Of a stretch of DNA of 64,000 bases, positions 1-11,908 are shown in pieces. Both the position numbers and the translations under genes were made by a program. Source of the stretch: Entomortierella parvispora E1425 (taxonomy: Eukaryota; Fungi; Mortierellomycota); the NCBI GenBank assembly GCA_020891255.1, contig BQFW01000011.1, positions 930,001-994,000 of the forward strand, read 5' to 3'. The notes beneath the pieces were generated by a model. The model ran no database searches, had not been told where the DNA came from, and saw nothing but the letters and a program-made list of their open reading frames with translations. How positions within the stretch are numbered: position 1 is the first letter of the stretch; each line of letters begins with the position of its first letter.

Positions 1-1429
1 TGGCTCCTGGAAGTCTTCCTTGCTTTCGCATCCTTGGAGTAGGGCCGTGTTGATTCGGGAACAGCCTTTCCTGAGGTGGTTCCTGCTGGTCTTTTGCCTC
101 CAATGTCCGGCTTTGAGTTGCGTCTCTGAGCAGTCTTTCGTCTATAAGTAGAGGTCATTGTGTGAGTGCGAGTCGACTTTGTAAATATCATTCATAAACA
201 GTGCAAAAAAAAAAAAAAAACATCCGACTTTACCCAATGCTCTTGCGTTGACGAGAGCTACCGTCTCCATCGCTGGTTGCGACATTTTCAGACTCTGCTT
301 CTGAAGAATCGCTATCCGAGCCAGAGTCTGAGCTGTCATCGCTGCTGCCTCCCAAGTTCAAGGGCACATTAGGCACTTTGCCCGGCTGTTTGCCTCCAGT
401 CACGCTCCTGGCAGGAGTGGGCCAGGGAGGAAGGGTTGGACTTGGCATGGATGGCAATTTTTCAAATTCCTAAGGTTTTTTTTTGGAGCATGGGTGTCAG
501 CGTAAAGTACGAGCGAAAGCCATGGGGGATATCAACATAAACATGTACGTACCTCCAAATATTTGTGAAGTTGAGTGAAAGGTGGACTTGGTGGGCTCTG
601 ATGAAGGACGCCAAAAACAATAACAATGCAAGAACAAAAGGCGTTTCAGTACCATCTTCCAGGTGCATCCGTGAACCACACACACACATCAATTGACCAG
701 AGAACGGGAACTTACATAATAGAAATGGGGTCGGATGTTACCGTTGGGATGCGACGTTGTCACCGGAGTACCCTTTTCACGACTGTGGTGGATGGCCGAA
801 AAGGACAAGAGGATGGTCAAGACAATGGGTCAGTGACGGAAGAAGAGAAAAAGAGGAAAAACAGTAGCAGGGCAAGCCGACTGTGCGCCATGTGCTTGCA
901 GAAATCGAACGTGCGCCAACAAAAGAAGGACACGGACACTCCTGGTTGGTCCTTTGTGTTGCCTTCCTGTCCATGTGGAGGCTCTTTGTGTTCCCTTCCC
1001 TTCCTTCTTGCACCTTGCCACACAAAAAGGCAGGCCACGCTCAGTCTCCATTCTTTGTCAATTGCTCGAGGCACCGACTTTCCGCAAGGCTGACCCCCCC
1101 CCCCCCACATTGACAACGCTTCATTCTTCGCACTGCAGATAATGTCTGTAGAGAATGAATAATATAGCGATATTCTCCTTACAAAAAAGGGGCAAGGGCA
1201 TCAGAGGAGGAAAATCCCCTCCCCAGGCTGTGTGGGGTTTTCCTCTTCCATTACGGTCTGGGCCAATGTTGCACACAAATATGCTTGCAAAGGGGGAGCA
1301 AGGCATGAAAAACAAGAAACCACGCACTCTATAGCTTTTTTTCCTCAGCCAACAGCACGCCCAGACAATCCGAGCAATCGGTTTTGCCTTCCCACCCTCC
1401 CATTCATTCGTGGTATTCAGTTGCCACAT
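1..1429 (-). CDS. Hypothetical multi-exon protein, running off the left window edge; 5' end uncertain
   Basis: GT-AG junctions keep one open frame through exons ~1144-883, ~783-717, 597-553, 469-234 and 141-1 (...FCWRTFDFCKHMAH/REKGTPVTTSHPNGNIRPHFYY/SPPSPPFTQLHKYLE/EFEKLPSMPSP...RKSIG/RKTAQ...). Family not recognised. Confidence 0.45.
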
Positions 1430-2052
1430 GTCATCAAAAGGCGCTTGCGCCTGTAGTCTACCGGTTCACAAGTACTGTCTTGCATGGGCCATCCTGAGGA
1501 CTTGCGCGCGCAGTTTTTTGGGGTCGGAAACGGCGGGTTCAGGGTTGGCGGGGGTGGCGGCGGGAGGGCCAAAAGTCTTCCGTTGCCGCCGCCAAGTCCA
1601 AGGATGAAACTGCTCTTTTGACACCAGCCATTGGGGGATGGTATCGTCTGCCCATCGATTCATGGCGATATCCATCGAGCCCGCTTTACTCGTGTGCCGC
1701 ATGCTTCTTCGCGAAAGCTCTTTTTTTTTTTTTTTTTTTGGTCTTCGTGTGCCTTCATGCACCGATTCTCACGCTGCCCGGCCCCTTCTCTTCCCCTCCT
1801 AAAACCCTTTTTTCCCCTCTTTGTCTGCAGCCAACGATATTCTCGTCATTAACTGCAGTGGACAGATGGGCCATGAAATAGATCCAGATCATTGATCATG
1901 GTACCCATCTCTATCCCTATTCCCTATTTCTCTCTTCCTCTTTCTATTTTGTCCAGATGGCGTCCATAGATACTTTTTTCACGCCAAAAGATGTATTTCC
2001 CAAGAGCGAAGAATAAAAAAAAACATCAGAGGAAGATCTGAGATTGTTTTTG

Positions 2053-2448
2053 TTACCTTGACATGTGTGGGATCTGTGTTCCCGCAGCCCAACCTGTGAT
2101 AGTGGGCGGACATATTGGCACGACCCAGTCGAGTTTCATAGAGTGGATATCGTTGAGGTTGCCTCCGGTGGATGGGGATCGTTCGCGCGCTGGCCGATCC
2201 TTGAGTCCCCACTGTCGAGGGTTGAAGGTGAGGTACTCGTGACAGCCATGCATGGCCTCCGGACCCTGGTGCCCGCTTGCGATCCAGTTCTTTTTGAATT
2301 CAGCAATCTTTAGGTCGATATCGTCGTGGGCGATCGGATGGGCCGAGGTGGGGGTGTTGAGGGAGCTGGCGGTGGAGGAGAAGGCCATGATGGAGCTGGG
2401 ACTAGGGATAGAGGGGCTAGGTGTGGCCTCCTGGTCTTTCTTGCTCAT
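2053..2448 (-). CDS. Hypothetical ORF, possibly a first exon (of the gene at 1-1429 or of a separate gene)
   Basis: 131-aa ORF (MSKKDQEATP...LKIAEFKKNWIASGHQGP...) preceded by a pyrimidine-rich leader on its strand and ending at a possible AG|gtaac donor. I could not place a convincing downstream acceptor. Confidence 0.3.
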   Translation of the reverse strand: MSKKDQEATPSPSIPSPSSIMAFSSTASSLNTPTSAHPIAHDDIDLKIAEFKKNWIASGHQGPEAMHGCHEYLTFNPRQWGLKDRPARERSPSTGGNLNDIHSMKLDWVVPICPPTITGWAAGTQIPHMSR

Positions 2449-2789
2449 GGTCCCAAACAGGAGGAGCGGGACTCTCTTTTTTGTTTGTGTGGATAACGGA
2501 AGAGAGTGAGAAAAGACAAGGGAGGAGAAGGAGGAGGGAGGAAGGAGGCAAAATCACCCACAAAGGCAGGTAGGACGGGTGGGAAATAGAAGGAGGAGGA
2601 GGAGGAGGGAGCCCGGGCGATCGGAGAGGGAGAAAGAGCAACGACAATCAATGGTGGCCAAGGGTCAGTCCATGTGGGGGGTCCCCTTGGGATGGAATGG
2701 AAGGATCAGATTATGATGACGATGGAATGGAATGGACCGACAGACGCGTGTGATTAAGGCAGAGGAGGAGGTGGAGGAGGATGAGAAGG

Positions 2790-3469
2790 AGGATGAGTCG
2801 ATGGATGGATGGATGGATGAGTCGATGGAAGAAGAAAAGAAGAAGAAGAGGGGAAGGAGGAGAAGGAGAGAGGGAGAAGGAATGCGATGAATGGATAGAT
2901 TCCGGTCAAGGAGATGAATGACCTTGCGAAAAGCGACAATGAAAAGAGAAGAGAGAAAAGAGGATGAAGATGGAATTGAATCCAATGAAGACAAGAGAGA
3001 AATGAGAAATGAAATGAAATGAAATGAAATGAAATGAAATGAAGGGATGCAATAAGAGGGAGGGAGGTCGGATTGAAATGAATTGAATTGAATGATGACC
3101 AGCGGAGCAGAAAACAAATATGAAAAAATGGAAGTTTGGTGTGTGTGTATGTATGTACTGTATCATATATCTATCTGCATCTATGACATCTGTCCATCAT
3201 GGCTATTTCTCTGTAGAAGGGAGAAAAGAAGAAGATAGAGAGAGAGAAGAGAGAAGATAGAAGACAGAAAAGATAGAAGAGAGAGAGAGAGAGAACAAGA
3301 GAACAAGAAGAAGAACGGACAGACAACCCCCCGAGGAGGCCGTTTGTGTGGTCCATGGGGAGGGTGGTTCGTGTCCCTGTGGGTGTGGGTGTCCTGGTGT
3401 GTTGCATCCCTCTTCTTCTTTCCTCCTTCACTCGGTCGACTTGACTCTGCCCCACTTTACTTGATAGAA

Positions 3470-3504
<35 letters not shown>

Positions 3505-3590
3505 GACTACCCCGATCTGATCCAGGGGTGTGTGTGCTGTGCTGTGCTGTGCTGTGCTGTGCTGGTTCATTGTTCATTGTTCATTGTTCA
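2790..3590. repeat. Cluster of short tandem repeats: (GATG)n, (GAAAT)7, (GA)n, (GTGCT)n, (TTCATTG)n
   Basis: Read directly, e.g. GAAAT x7 at ~3006-3040, GA run at ~3466-3506, GTGCT run at ~3533-3562. Confidence 0.9.
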
Positions 3591-3983
3591 TGTTCCTGCT
3601 GCTTTGCCTTGTTTCTTTTGCTTTTGCTTCTTTGCTTGCAGGTAAGCTAAAGCACCTGCCCTAGCTAAGTGGCTATTAACTATCATACGTCTAACGTAGT
3701 AGAATAAAAGAAAGAGTCTCTTTTTTAACAACTGATCCGATCATCCATCACATCAGAGCCTCCATCAATTGGCCCGCCCCCTCTTTGCCCTTCTTTCTTG
3801 CACTTTCTTCACTCTCTTCATCGCGCCATCAAATCATCACTACGAGGTCCGACTCGGAGCCAATCGCGCGCATCAATTGGTGGCAAAAATGACTTTGTTT
3901 TTTTTTGTTTTTTGTAGTGTCTCTCTTGTCTCTATCTCTCTTCTCTCTCTTTTGTGGTCTGCCCCTCTCTCTCTCTCTCTGTG

Positions 3984-4125
<142 letters not shown>

Positions 4126-4982
4126 CAGGTCTGTCCTCAGGGCATAGAGTGGATGTCGTGTCCAGGTGTCGCATCAATGACGGACGCAGTGACGGATCTC
4201 CGTGTTTGTGTAAGCGCAGACGACCAGGACCAGGGGAGACAAGACGACTTTTTGACATTAAGGCCAGGGCACATGGATGAGCCAACCTCATCCTCTTGTC
4301 TCGTCCGGGCGACCCATCCAACAATTCCAAAGACCCCGATCCTGGAGAAGGCCAGGGAGGACCAGAGTACACCAACAGTCTCTGGGACACGACATGGGAC
4401 AGACACTCACGTACACACACACACACAAACACACAGAAAGAGAGAGAGAACAGGTCAGATTGATATCGGAATCTACGCACGATATCAACTTCACTGGTTG
4501 TGGTCAACCCGTCCTTCTCTTTACCGCGCCGTGCCGCGCCGTGGCCATATGGGAGCCAACAAAGGTTGTGCGTTTCCGGCTGTTTCCCCCCACAGGCGAC
4601 CTAACCCATCCATGCACTCCATGCAACCTTGTCCCTAATGCATCCACAACAGCAAACTCCTTCTTCTCCTCTTTCAGATCCATAGATCTCTTTGTTGCCG
4701 CGGTTCTTTCTCTTTCTCTCTCTCTCTTTCTTTCCCTCCCCGTTCCCTCCCCCTTCTCTCACTCCTCCACCCTATTCTTGTCCCTCCCGTCTGTCCTTAA
4801 CAGTTGGACGCTTCATCAACAACAGAACCGGCTTCTTTGAACGCCATCCACCCTAATTGCTATAATTCTTATCCTCCACTGTCCTCGTTACGTTTCTTTC
4901 TCCTTCCTAAAAAAAAAAAAAAAAAGAAAAAAAAAAAGCCCGCCTCTTTTTACTTTTGCCATCACTCTTTTTTTTTTTTGTC

Positions 4983-6105
4983 ATGAACACGGCCATCGTC
5001 CAGACCTCAAGGCAGGCGCCCTTGACAGCAGCATCAACAACCTCTCCAGAGTCTGGTCTCTCGACCAAAGTCAGTTTGCACAAATCCAATCAAAATCTGC
5101 AACCACACTCGCACCAGCACCTCCACCCCAATCACCCTCAGCAACAACATCACCATCATACTCAATATCAACAACATCAAAAATCCCTCTCCTCTGTCAG
5201 CGCCAGCTCGGCCACAGCCTCTTCTTCCTCTTCCTCAAATAACAATAACAACAACAGTAATAACGGCAACCATACCAATGGAACAGCACCTCTACAAAAC
5301 CACTTTTCATCTTCTCTCAAGAACAGGTCCTCTGTCTTCTTCAACACGTCCACCTCGTCCTTCTCCAACTACACAAAGTTTGGGTCGAGCTCACGCGATT
5401 TCTTGTATCACAGCAACAGTGCTTCGCGTCTTGCCTTCGCCACCTCGTACGACGGGTTCTTCTCCGACGAAGTGTATAATGTTGGTGGCGGTGGCAGCGA
5501 TGACGCTTTAATCACGGGCAGTGGGAGTGGTGGCATGGGAGGAATCATGGAGTTTGAGGACAGTCGGTACTACGAAGGACGGTATGAAGATCGAGAACAC
5601 GAATATGAGGAAGGCTCTTTTTACCGGCAGCACCAGCAGCAGCACCCATCCCAGCAACAACAACAACAGCAACAGCAGCAGCAACAACCTCACCATCAAA
5701 GTCAACAGCAAGACCATCCATCTTCACATCGGTCCCAACGTCACCTTCCTGGGAGTCAGAGCAAAGAAAACTTGCGGCAGTGGCAATTCCGTCTCTCAGA
5801 GGAACCAGCACCTTCCGAGCCGACCATCTTTGCAGGTCGACAACCTTCTTCCACAAAGGAGCGTCTCCCCTCCATCGATTCATTGTCGACTCTGTTTCGC
5901 GAAAACGAGGATGGTCTCCTCTACACCAGAACCGACAAAGACTACACGCAGCAGGAGCATTGGAGGTCCCCGATGCTCAAGACCCCTTCATCCTTGTCCT
6001 TGTCCTCCTCCTCCTCGCGTTCATCTGTACTCCAACGTGGAGGCCACGAGAGTCAGTCCTTTCGGCAAGAGAGTGGATCTCTGCAAGAATCCAAGGGGCA
6101 GCAGC

Positions 6106-6147
<42 letters not shown>

Positions 6148-8395
6148 TGCATCAACAACATCCACATCAACAGGCTCAGGAGGGTAAGGGGGTCAAGGAG
6201 TCAGGGGGGACTGAACATCTTTACAAGATTAAGCGCAAAAGCTTACAGCTGGAACTTCAGGACGAGTCCGAGAACTTCATGGACCTTGAGAACGAACATG
6301 AGCAGAGTGGGTCACCCGTGTCCCAGAATCAGGACTTTGGTCAGGATGCCATCCCAGATCAGGAGAAACCAAAGCCCAAGAGACGGAAAAGGGCTAGTCT
6401 GGAAGAACGCTCGACTGCAGCCAAAAAAACCACCCCACGAAAACAAAAGGAATCCGGACCTGGAGAGACTGTAGAGTTGGTGCCACAGGACCGCCATCAA
6501 CGACACCACCCGCAACAGCAGCAGTACTTTGGATCTGAATTGTCATCTACTCAGTTTAGTCATCCTGCCACCCTGCACCTGCCACCGGTTCATCCTCAGA
6601 GTCACCATTACGCGCAGCAAAATCCATACTCACAAGCAGCCATTGAACAGATCCCCATGCCACTGCAAACACACTCACACCAAGACCAGCACCCATATCC
6701 ACCCCAATACCAACCACAGTCTCGCCACCGTGCCCACGATCATGTCTCGTCCTCTTCTTCCTCGCTCTCCCTTTCGATTTCCTCTACACATTCAAGTAAT
6801 TTTATTACGGAGGAACAGTTCCTCTTGCTCGCCGAAGACTATTTGTTGTCGCTCTCTCCAAAAAAGAGAGAGAAGGCCCTGCTGTCTAATTCCATGTATC
6901 AAAAGATCCTCATGGTTTTGATCCAGCCAAAGAATACCCAGGTCTCGACCGCCCAGTTTCGGTTCTGGGCCAAAAAGATGTTTACGCTGTCCACCACCCC
7001 TACACACCACGTTGTTTGTCATGGAGGAAAGCCCGTTGCCACCAAAGAATGCCTGTACGATGTCCTTGTTTATTGTCATCGCAAGAGTTCCCATGGTGGT
7101 CGCGACAAGACGTCTGCTGAGGTAACGAGACAGTTCCACGCGGAGGTGGCGCGTCAGTGATTAGCTCATCCATGCTTGTCTAACTTCATGTTTTCATCCC
7201 TGCACTTTTTTTTTTTGTTGTTTGTGAATAGGTCCGACAGCACTATTCGTGGGTACCGAAAGAGTTGATAGCTCGGTTTGTCAAGCACTGCCCTCTTTGT
7301 CTTAGTAGACGAACTACACAGCCACGGTCAGCCTCCGGTGTCAATGCACTCTCTGCCTCGTCATCAGCGTCGTACTATTCGGGATACCGTCGAGGAGGTG
7401 CAGAGGACGAAGGCGATGATTTCGACAAGGATGAAGAACAGCATGGCCCGCCCGGCGAAGAGGAAGAAGGAGGATATGATGCTCAATCGCTACCATTACA
7501 TTACAGTGGGGATACAGTGCACCATCAGCAACAACCCGCCTTGGCCCATCCACAGCAATTACAGGGGCAGTTTTCTCATCCTCAGTCAGTCGCCCGCCCA
7601 GGATATGAGTCTTCACTTGCACATGGCCGGGATCATCACTTGCACCTGCATCCACAGCAGCAATACCATCCCGACCACAATTATTCCAACGGCCAGATGC
7701 AAAGCCCAGTACGAAGTACATCGGGTGAGGAGGAAGACGAAACACAGGAAGAGGCTGTCGACTTTTCGCCGAAGGGACTTGGGGGAGAAGAAGGAAGGAG
7801 AGGGGTGGAGACCCAAGGCGACTTGGCAAGCACTTTCACAGGAGAAGATCGTTCGTCCCAGGGCTTTCGTCCTGTTCTCTATCACCACCAAAAGAGCCAC
7901 TCTTTTTCACAGCATCCTCAGCACCATCACCAGCTTCACCACCACCTCCATCATGAGCCAGCCTCACCCTCTACCCCTATTGCGGTCGTTCATCCCAACG
8001 GCCACATCCTGCATGACCGCCATCCAATCCTGAACAGCGCTCGTCTCTTTGGACTTGATCAAGGTGTTGGCGCTCGAGGAGCTGGTGGAGTCGCGACATT
8101 GTCTGGGTTCCCAATGACCCCTTCACCCTCTTTTCATCACCGACCCCTCTCCTTATCGCCTCTTCATCTGAACACGACGGCATTTCGAACACGGATGATG
8201 CCTCATCTTCACTCTGGACTGACCACCAGTAGCTTGGATTCGCCTGTAGATCTAGAGTCGGATCAGAGCGGCGATGAAGAGGACGAGCGAGCGGAAGGTC
8301 GTCCAGAGAATGTCCATCAGGGCCAAAGCCTAGGAGACGAGGCCGCGGAGGAGAGTGGAGGGGAAGACGAAGACATGGATGCGGACGAGAACTAG
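4983..8395 (+). CDS. Large low-complexity (Q/H/S-rich) protein with an integrase zinc-binding (HHCC, Integrase_H2C2-like) domain; 2 exons
   Basis: Exon 1 4983-7121, intron 7122-7231 (gtaacg...gaatag), exon 2 7232-8395. The splice joins KECLYDVLVYCHRKSSHGGRDKTSAE/VRQHYSWVPKELIARFVKHCPLC, giving an H..H..C..C pattern. Confidence 0.8.
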
Positions 8396-8743
8396 CAAGC
8401 ACAGCGCCTTCCCTCACTCATCCCACTAATAAACGGTGCTGTTGTCTGCTCTCAATTGTGTGCCTGAAAGGGCGAACGAGAAAAAAAAAGAGGGAAGGAA
8501 TGGATTTACACCCTTAACTGAAATGAGAACCCGCGCTCTTTGAACTTCGGTCCATGCATCTCGCGCTCATCACTTTCATCACCACACGCTTACTGGAGTC
8601 AGGACAAGGACAAGGAAGGACAAGGACAGGGACACCGCCACGACCACAGACAAGGAAAACAAGGACCACCCACCGACTACCTGGCCAACACGCGCACAAC
8701 CCATCGTTCTCCAGGAAGCAATAGGCATTCGCCCACCATCATC

Positions 8744-9484
8744 ATGATTTACAACATGTACATCTTTGACAGGCACTGTCAATGCATCTACTACCACGAC
8801 TGGCATCGTGGCCATACCGCCAAGACTGCATTCGAGAACAATGACCCCCTGGCATCTCATCCCAGTGGTGGAGGGTCGACCACGACCACCACGACGATGA
8901 CGGACCCAAGACAGGGTATGAACATGTCCTTGGAGGAAGAGGGCAAGCTCGTCTACGGTGTCGTATACTCTCTCAGGAACTTGGTCAAGAAACTCGGCAG
9001 AAGGTGCGCTTTTTTTTCCCATCTCCCCCTGGAGATTAGAGTCATTTCATGAGGCGGATCAGGAATCTCGTTTTTATTGTAGATCGCTCTTCACAAGGAG
9101 ATGGGGGTGGGGTATTTCTTTGCTAATTCTTGCTAATCTCTCATATTCGTATCATCTGTTTTTCTTTCTTTCTTTCTTTCTTTTACTAACCAATGTAGCC
9201 AAGATGGATTCATTGCATACAAGACTTCACATTACAAGCTACACTATTACGAAACGTTGACGGGACTCAAGTTTGTACTCAACTCGGATCCAGGCGTCGA
9301 ATCCCTTCAGGCGGCTCTCCGTCAGATCTATACCCAAATCTATGTCGAACTCGTGGTCAAGAATCCACTGGCACGGGCGAGTCTCCAACCGGGCCAAATC
9401 AACCCCGAGACTATGGGCGCAGAAGGATTCAGGAATGGGGTGGATCGGTTCGTAAGGTCCTTGACGATGTTTGAGACTCTTTGA
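8744..9484 (+). CDS. BET5: TRAPP complex small subunit Bet5/TRAPPC1 (sybindin-like longin fold); 2 exons
   Basis: MIYNMYIFDRHCQCIYYHDW...EEEGKLVYGVVYSLRNLVKKLG; intron 9004-9198; ...YKTSHYKLHYYETLTGLKFVLNSDP...YVELVVKNPL. Confidence 0.9.
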
Positions 9485-10012
9485 ACAAACAGGCAGACGG
9501 ATTTATTACCATTTATCTCTTTGCTTTCTGGCAACGACAACTAGCGAGGATCGTTTTACTCTTTTGCGACCACTCGATAGTCCCGCACTAGGAAAAGTCA
9601 TAGAAAGCGGAGAAAGACTGGATCGAATCAGCCTGAAAGGAAAAAAAAATGAATAAAAGCGATTCAAAATACAACTATAACAAGCCTCTTGAGGTGACCG
9701 TGACGGAGTTCCTTGAGGCACATATCAACAACAAGTCCCCGAGTGAGGATGATCCTGATACAGGTAGTCTGGAGAAGCAGTGTCAGTCAATGTCAATGAT
9801 ATCGTTGTGCCTATACCACATTAGCTTGTTATTTCTGGCAGACGCCTGGATTTCGCCTCTATGTACCCCCTCACCAATGAGCACAATGCAATGGTGAAAA
9901 TACTGCATAAGTTAGGGGTTCAGACATACCAATCCTTAGAGTGAGCACACCTCGTGTTGCCACCACTTTTGCCACCACAATGCATGGTGGAGGGCCTTCG
10001 AAGAACACACAA

Positions 10013-10043
<31 letters not shown>

Positions 10044-10267
10044 TGCTTGCATGATCCGCATATCTACCCTAGTCTTTCTCGTGTTGGCATCTTTTTGCCA
10101 CCACAGTGCATAGTAACAAAATCGTGAACATACACAGGCATGTTTATTTGACATGGAAACCTCTTTTGTGCAGACCAATATAAATAACATGACAGTAAGT
10201 CAGTTCCAGTGTTTTTTCCTCAACTCCAATACATTTCCTCCTTGGCCCTCGACCCTCTTCCACCGCC

Positions 10268-11305
10268 ATGTCTGACAAAACGATCAAAGTCCCTGAGGAA
10301 GCAGATGCTACCGATGGACTGGTCATTGCCGCTCTTCACCTTGCTGTTCTGACCTATGTTACCCAAGGGGGTGTCCGATCTTACAAGGGTTTATTCGCCA
10401 AACTGATCGAGGCAGGTTTCGGCACCTTCAAAAAAATCGACGGCGTGTTCTGGACAGCCGTCGATGAGCCTTTTGAGCTCATAGCAATAGACAACTGCTA
10501 TCAAGCAACGAGGCAAACCTATTTGCAACTACGACAGACCGTGCTCAAGACGTCTTCCGTGGAGCAGGCGCAAGGCAGTCTCCTAGGAGAGTTTAGCTTG
10601 CCGAATGAAATGGTCCATTTATTCCACGGCAAGAAGATCTCGCGTTCTCTGATGCGCACCCACCACAAGGTGCCTCAAGAAATGACAGACTGCAGGGCTT
10701 CTATTGTGGGATGGTCTGAAGGTCAGGGAGCGATGTGTGATGGTGGGACTTCCTTGGCCAATTTTCTGGATGCCCATATGAACAAAAACTCTCGGCTGGC
10801 GGAGAGCCCCCTGTCTCCGTTCCTCTCCCTTGCAGGATTGGAATCCAACCCTAGTCTTGTTTTTGTTGTCCGCTTCGACAAGCCCGGCTCCACCTCTTTG
10901 GACGCTGCGGCTCCAATCATCTGCCCAGTGCTTGTGCAAACGCGACTGGTGGAAGAACCTGATTGCGAAGAAAGGGACGAGGCGTACAGAGCAATCCACC
11001 GTACCATTCGACAGTCCTGTGGACAGCATGGACATTATATCCATCTGCCCGTGGACCTGGTTGCAATCCCATCTGCGAAAGGCAGCTACTGTGTTAAGAA
11101 GGACTTGGCTTCTGAAGAACACGATGACAAGACATTGATCACGCTTGTGGTCGACACTGACAACATCTTTGACGTTTTCCGTGCACAATACAACATGGCT
11201 CTGGCGATTTTGAAAATGGCAGCCAAGGCTGTGACCGAGACCCAGAAAGAGGTCCAAGAGCTAGAAGATCTGAAGAAAAAAGCCTCGGGCGGAAATGGTT
11301 TATAA
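10268..11305 (+). CDS. Intronless hypothetical protein, 345 aa, globular-looking, family not recognised
   Basis: Single uninterrupted ATG-TAA ORF with normal amino-acid complexity and a predicted coiled C-terminus. Confidence 0.65.
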   Translation: MSDKTIKVPEEADATDGLVIAALHLAVLTYVTQGGVRSYKGLFAKLIEAGFGTFKKIDGVFWTAVDEPFELIAIDNCYQATRQTYLQLRQTVLKTSSVEQAQGSLLGEFSLPNEMVHLFHGKKISRSLMRTHHKVPQEMTDCRASIVGWSEGQGAMCDGGTSLANFLDAHMNKNSRLAESPLSPFLSLAGLESNPSLVFVVRFDKPGSTSLDAAAPIICPVLVQTRLVEEPDCEERDEAYRAIHRTIRQSCGQHGHYIHLPVDLVAIPSAKGSYCVKKDLASEEHDDKTLITLVVDTDNIFDVFRAQYNMALAILKMAAKAVTETQKEVQELEDLKKKASGGNGL

Positions 11306-11388
11306 CAAACTCGGTAGGAGCACACGGCGAGCGATCCCTTCCTATTCCTAGATGTGGCTTGGTCCCCCCTTATGATAATGGCAGGAGG

Positions 11389-11419
<31 letters not shown>

Positions 11420-11512
11420 CCTTTCTGACGCATTGAAGACGCAACCCAAGAGACAACAATAAATTGCCATGATGACATACGGAATACAGTTATTTTATAT
11501 CCAGTTCTAGTT

Positions 11513-11908
11513 CTAATACTTGTTCTCGGCAATAAAGGTCTTGATCTTGTCTTGGATTTCATCCCTGATCTCTCGGGCTTCTTGCAGGGGCTTGTTCTTG
11601 GGGTCAGTGATGCTCCAATCGACCATCTTGACACCAGGGACAAAAGGGCACGTCTCGCCACAGCCCATGGTCACGATCGTGCTGACGGTTTCTGCCAGCT
11701 CGGGTGTCAGTTTCTTGGGCGTGATGTTGGACAGATCAATGCCCACTTCCAACATGATCTCTCGGACAACATCGTGGACCTCGGATGCCGGTTGGGTGCC
11801 GGCAGAAATACCCTTCACAGTGTCTTGGGTTCTGTGCTTGTTGAAGAATGCTGCAGCCATTTGCGATCTTCCTGCGTTATGAACACAGGCAAACATGATG
11901 TCGGTCAT
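11513..11908 (-). CDS. arsC: Bacterial-type arsenate reductase ArsC (LMW-PTP fold, probably thioredoxin-coupled), 131 aa, intronless
   Basis: MTDIMFACVHNAGRSQMAAAFFN (CX5R P-loop), SAGTQP, EVGIDLS, TMGCGETCP (resolving cysteines), DW..TDP. It lies next to ACR3. Confidence 0.88.
   Translation of the reverse strand: MTDIMFACVHNAGRSQMAAAFFNKHRTQDTVKGISAGTQPASEVHDVVREIMLEVGIDLSNITPKKLTPELAETVSTIVTMGCGETCPFVPGVKMVDWSITDPKNKPLQEAREIRDEIQDKIKTFIAENKY

Noticed and set aside
5521-6474. 317-aa alternative-frame ORF and other overlapping ORFs in the gene at 4983
   Set aside because: They are shadow frames of CAA/CAG-rich low-complexity coding sequence with no domain signal.
10619-11661. Antisense ORFs over the orphan gene and arsC (212, 191, 120 and 134 aa)
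   Set aside because: They are antisense shadows with no recognisable motifs.
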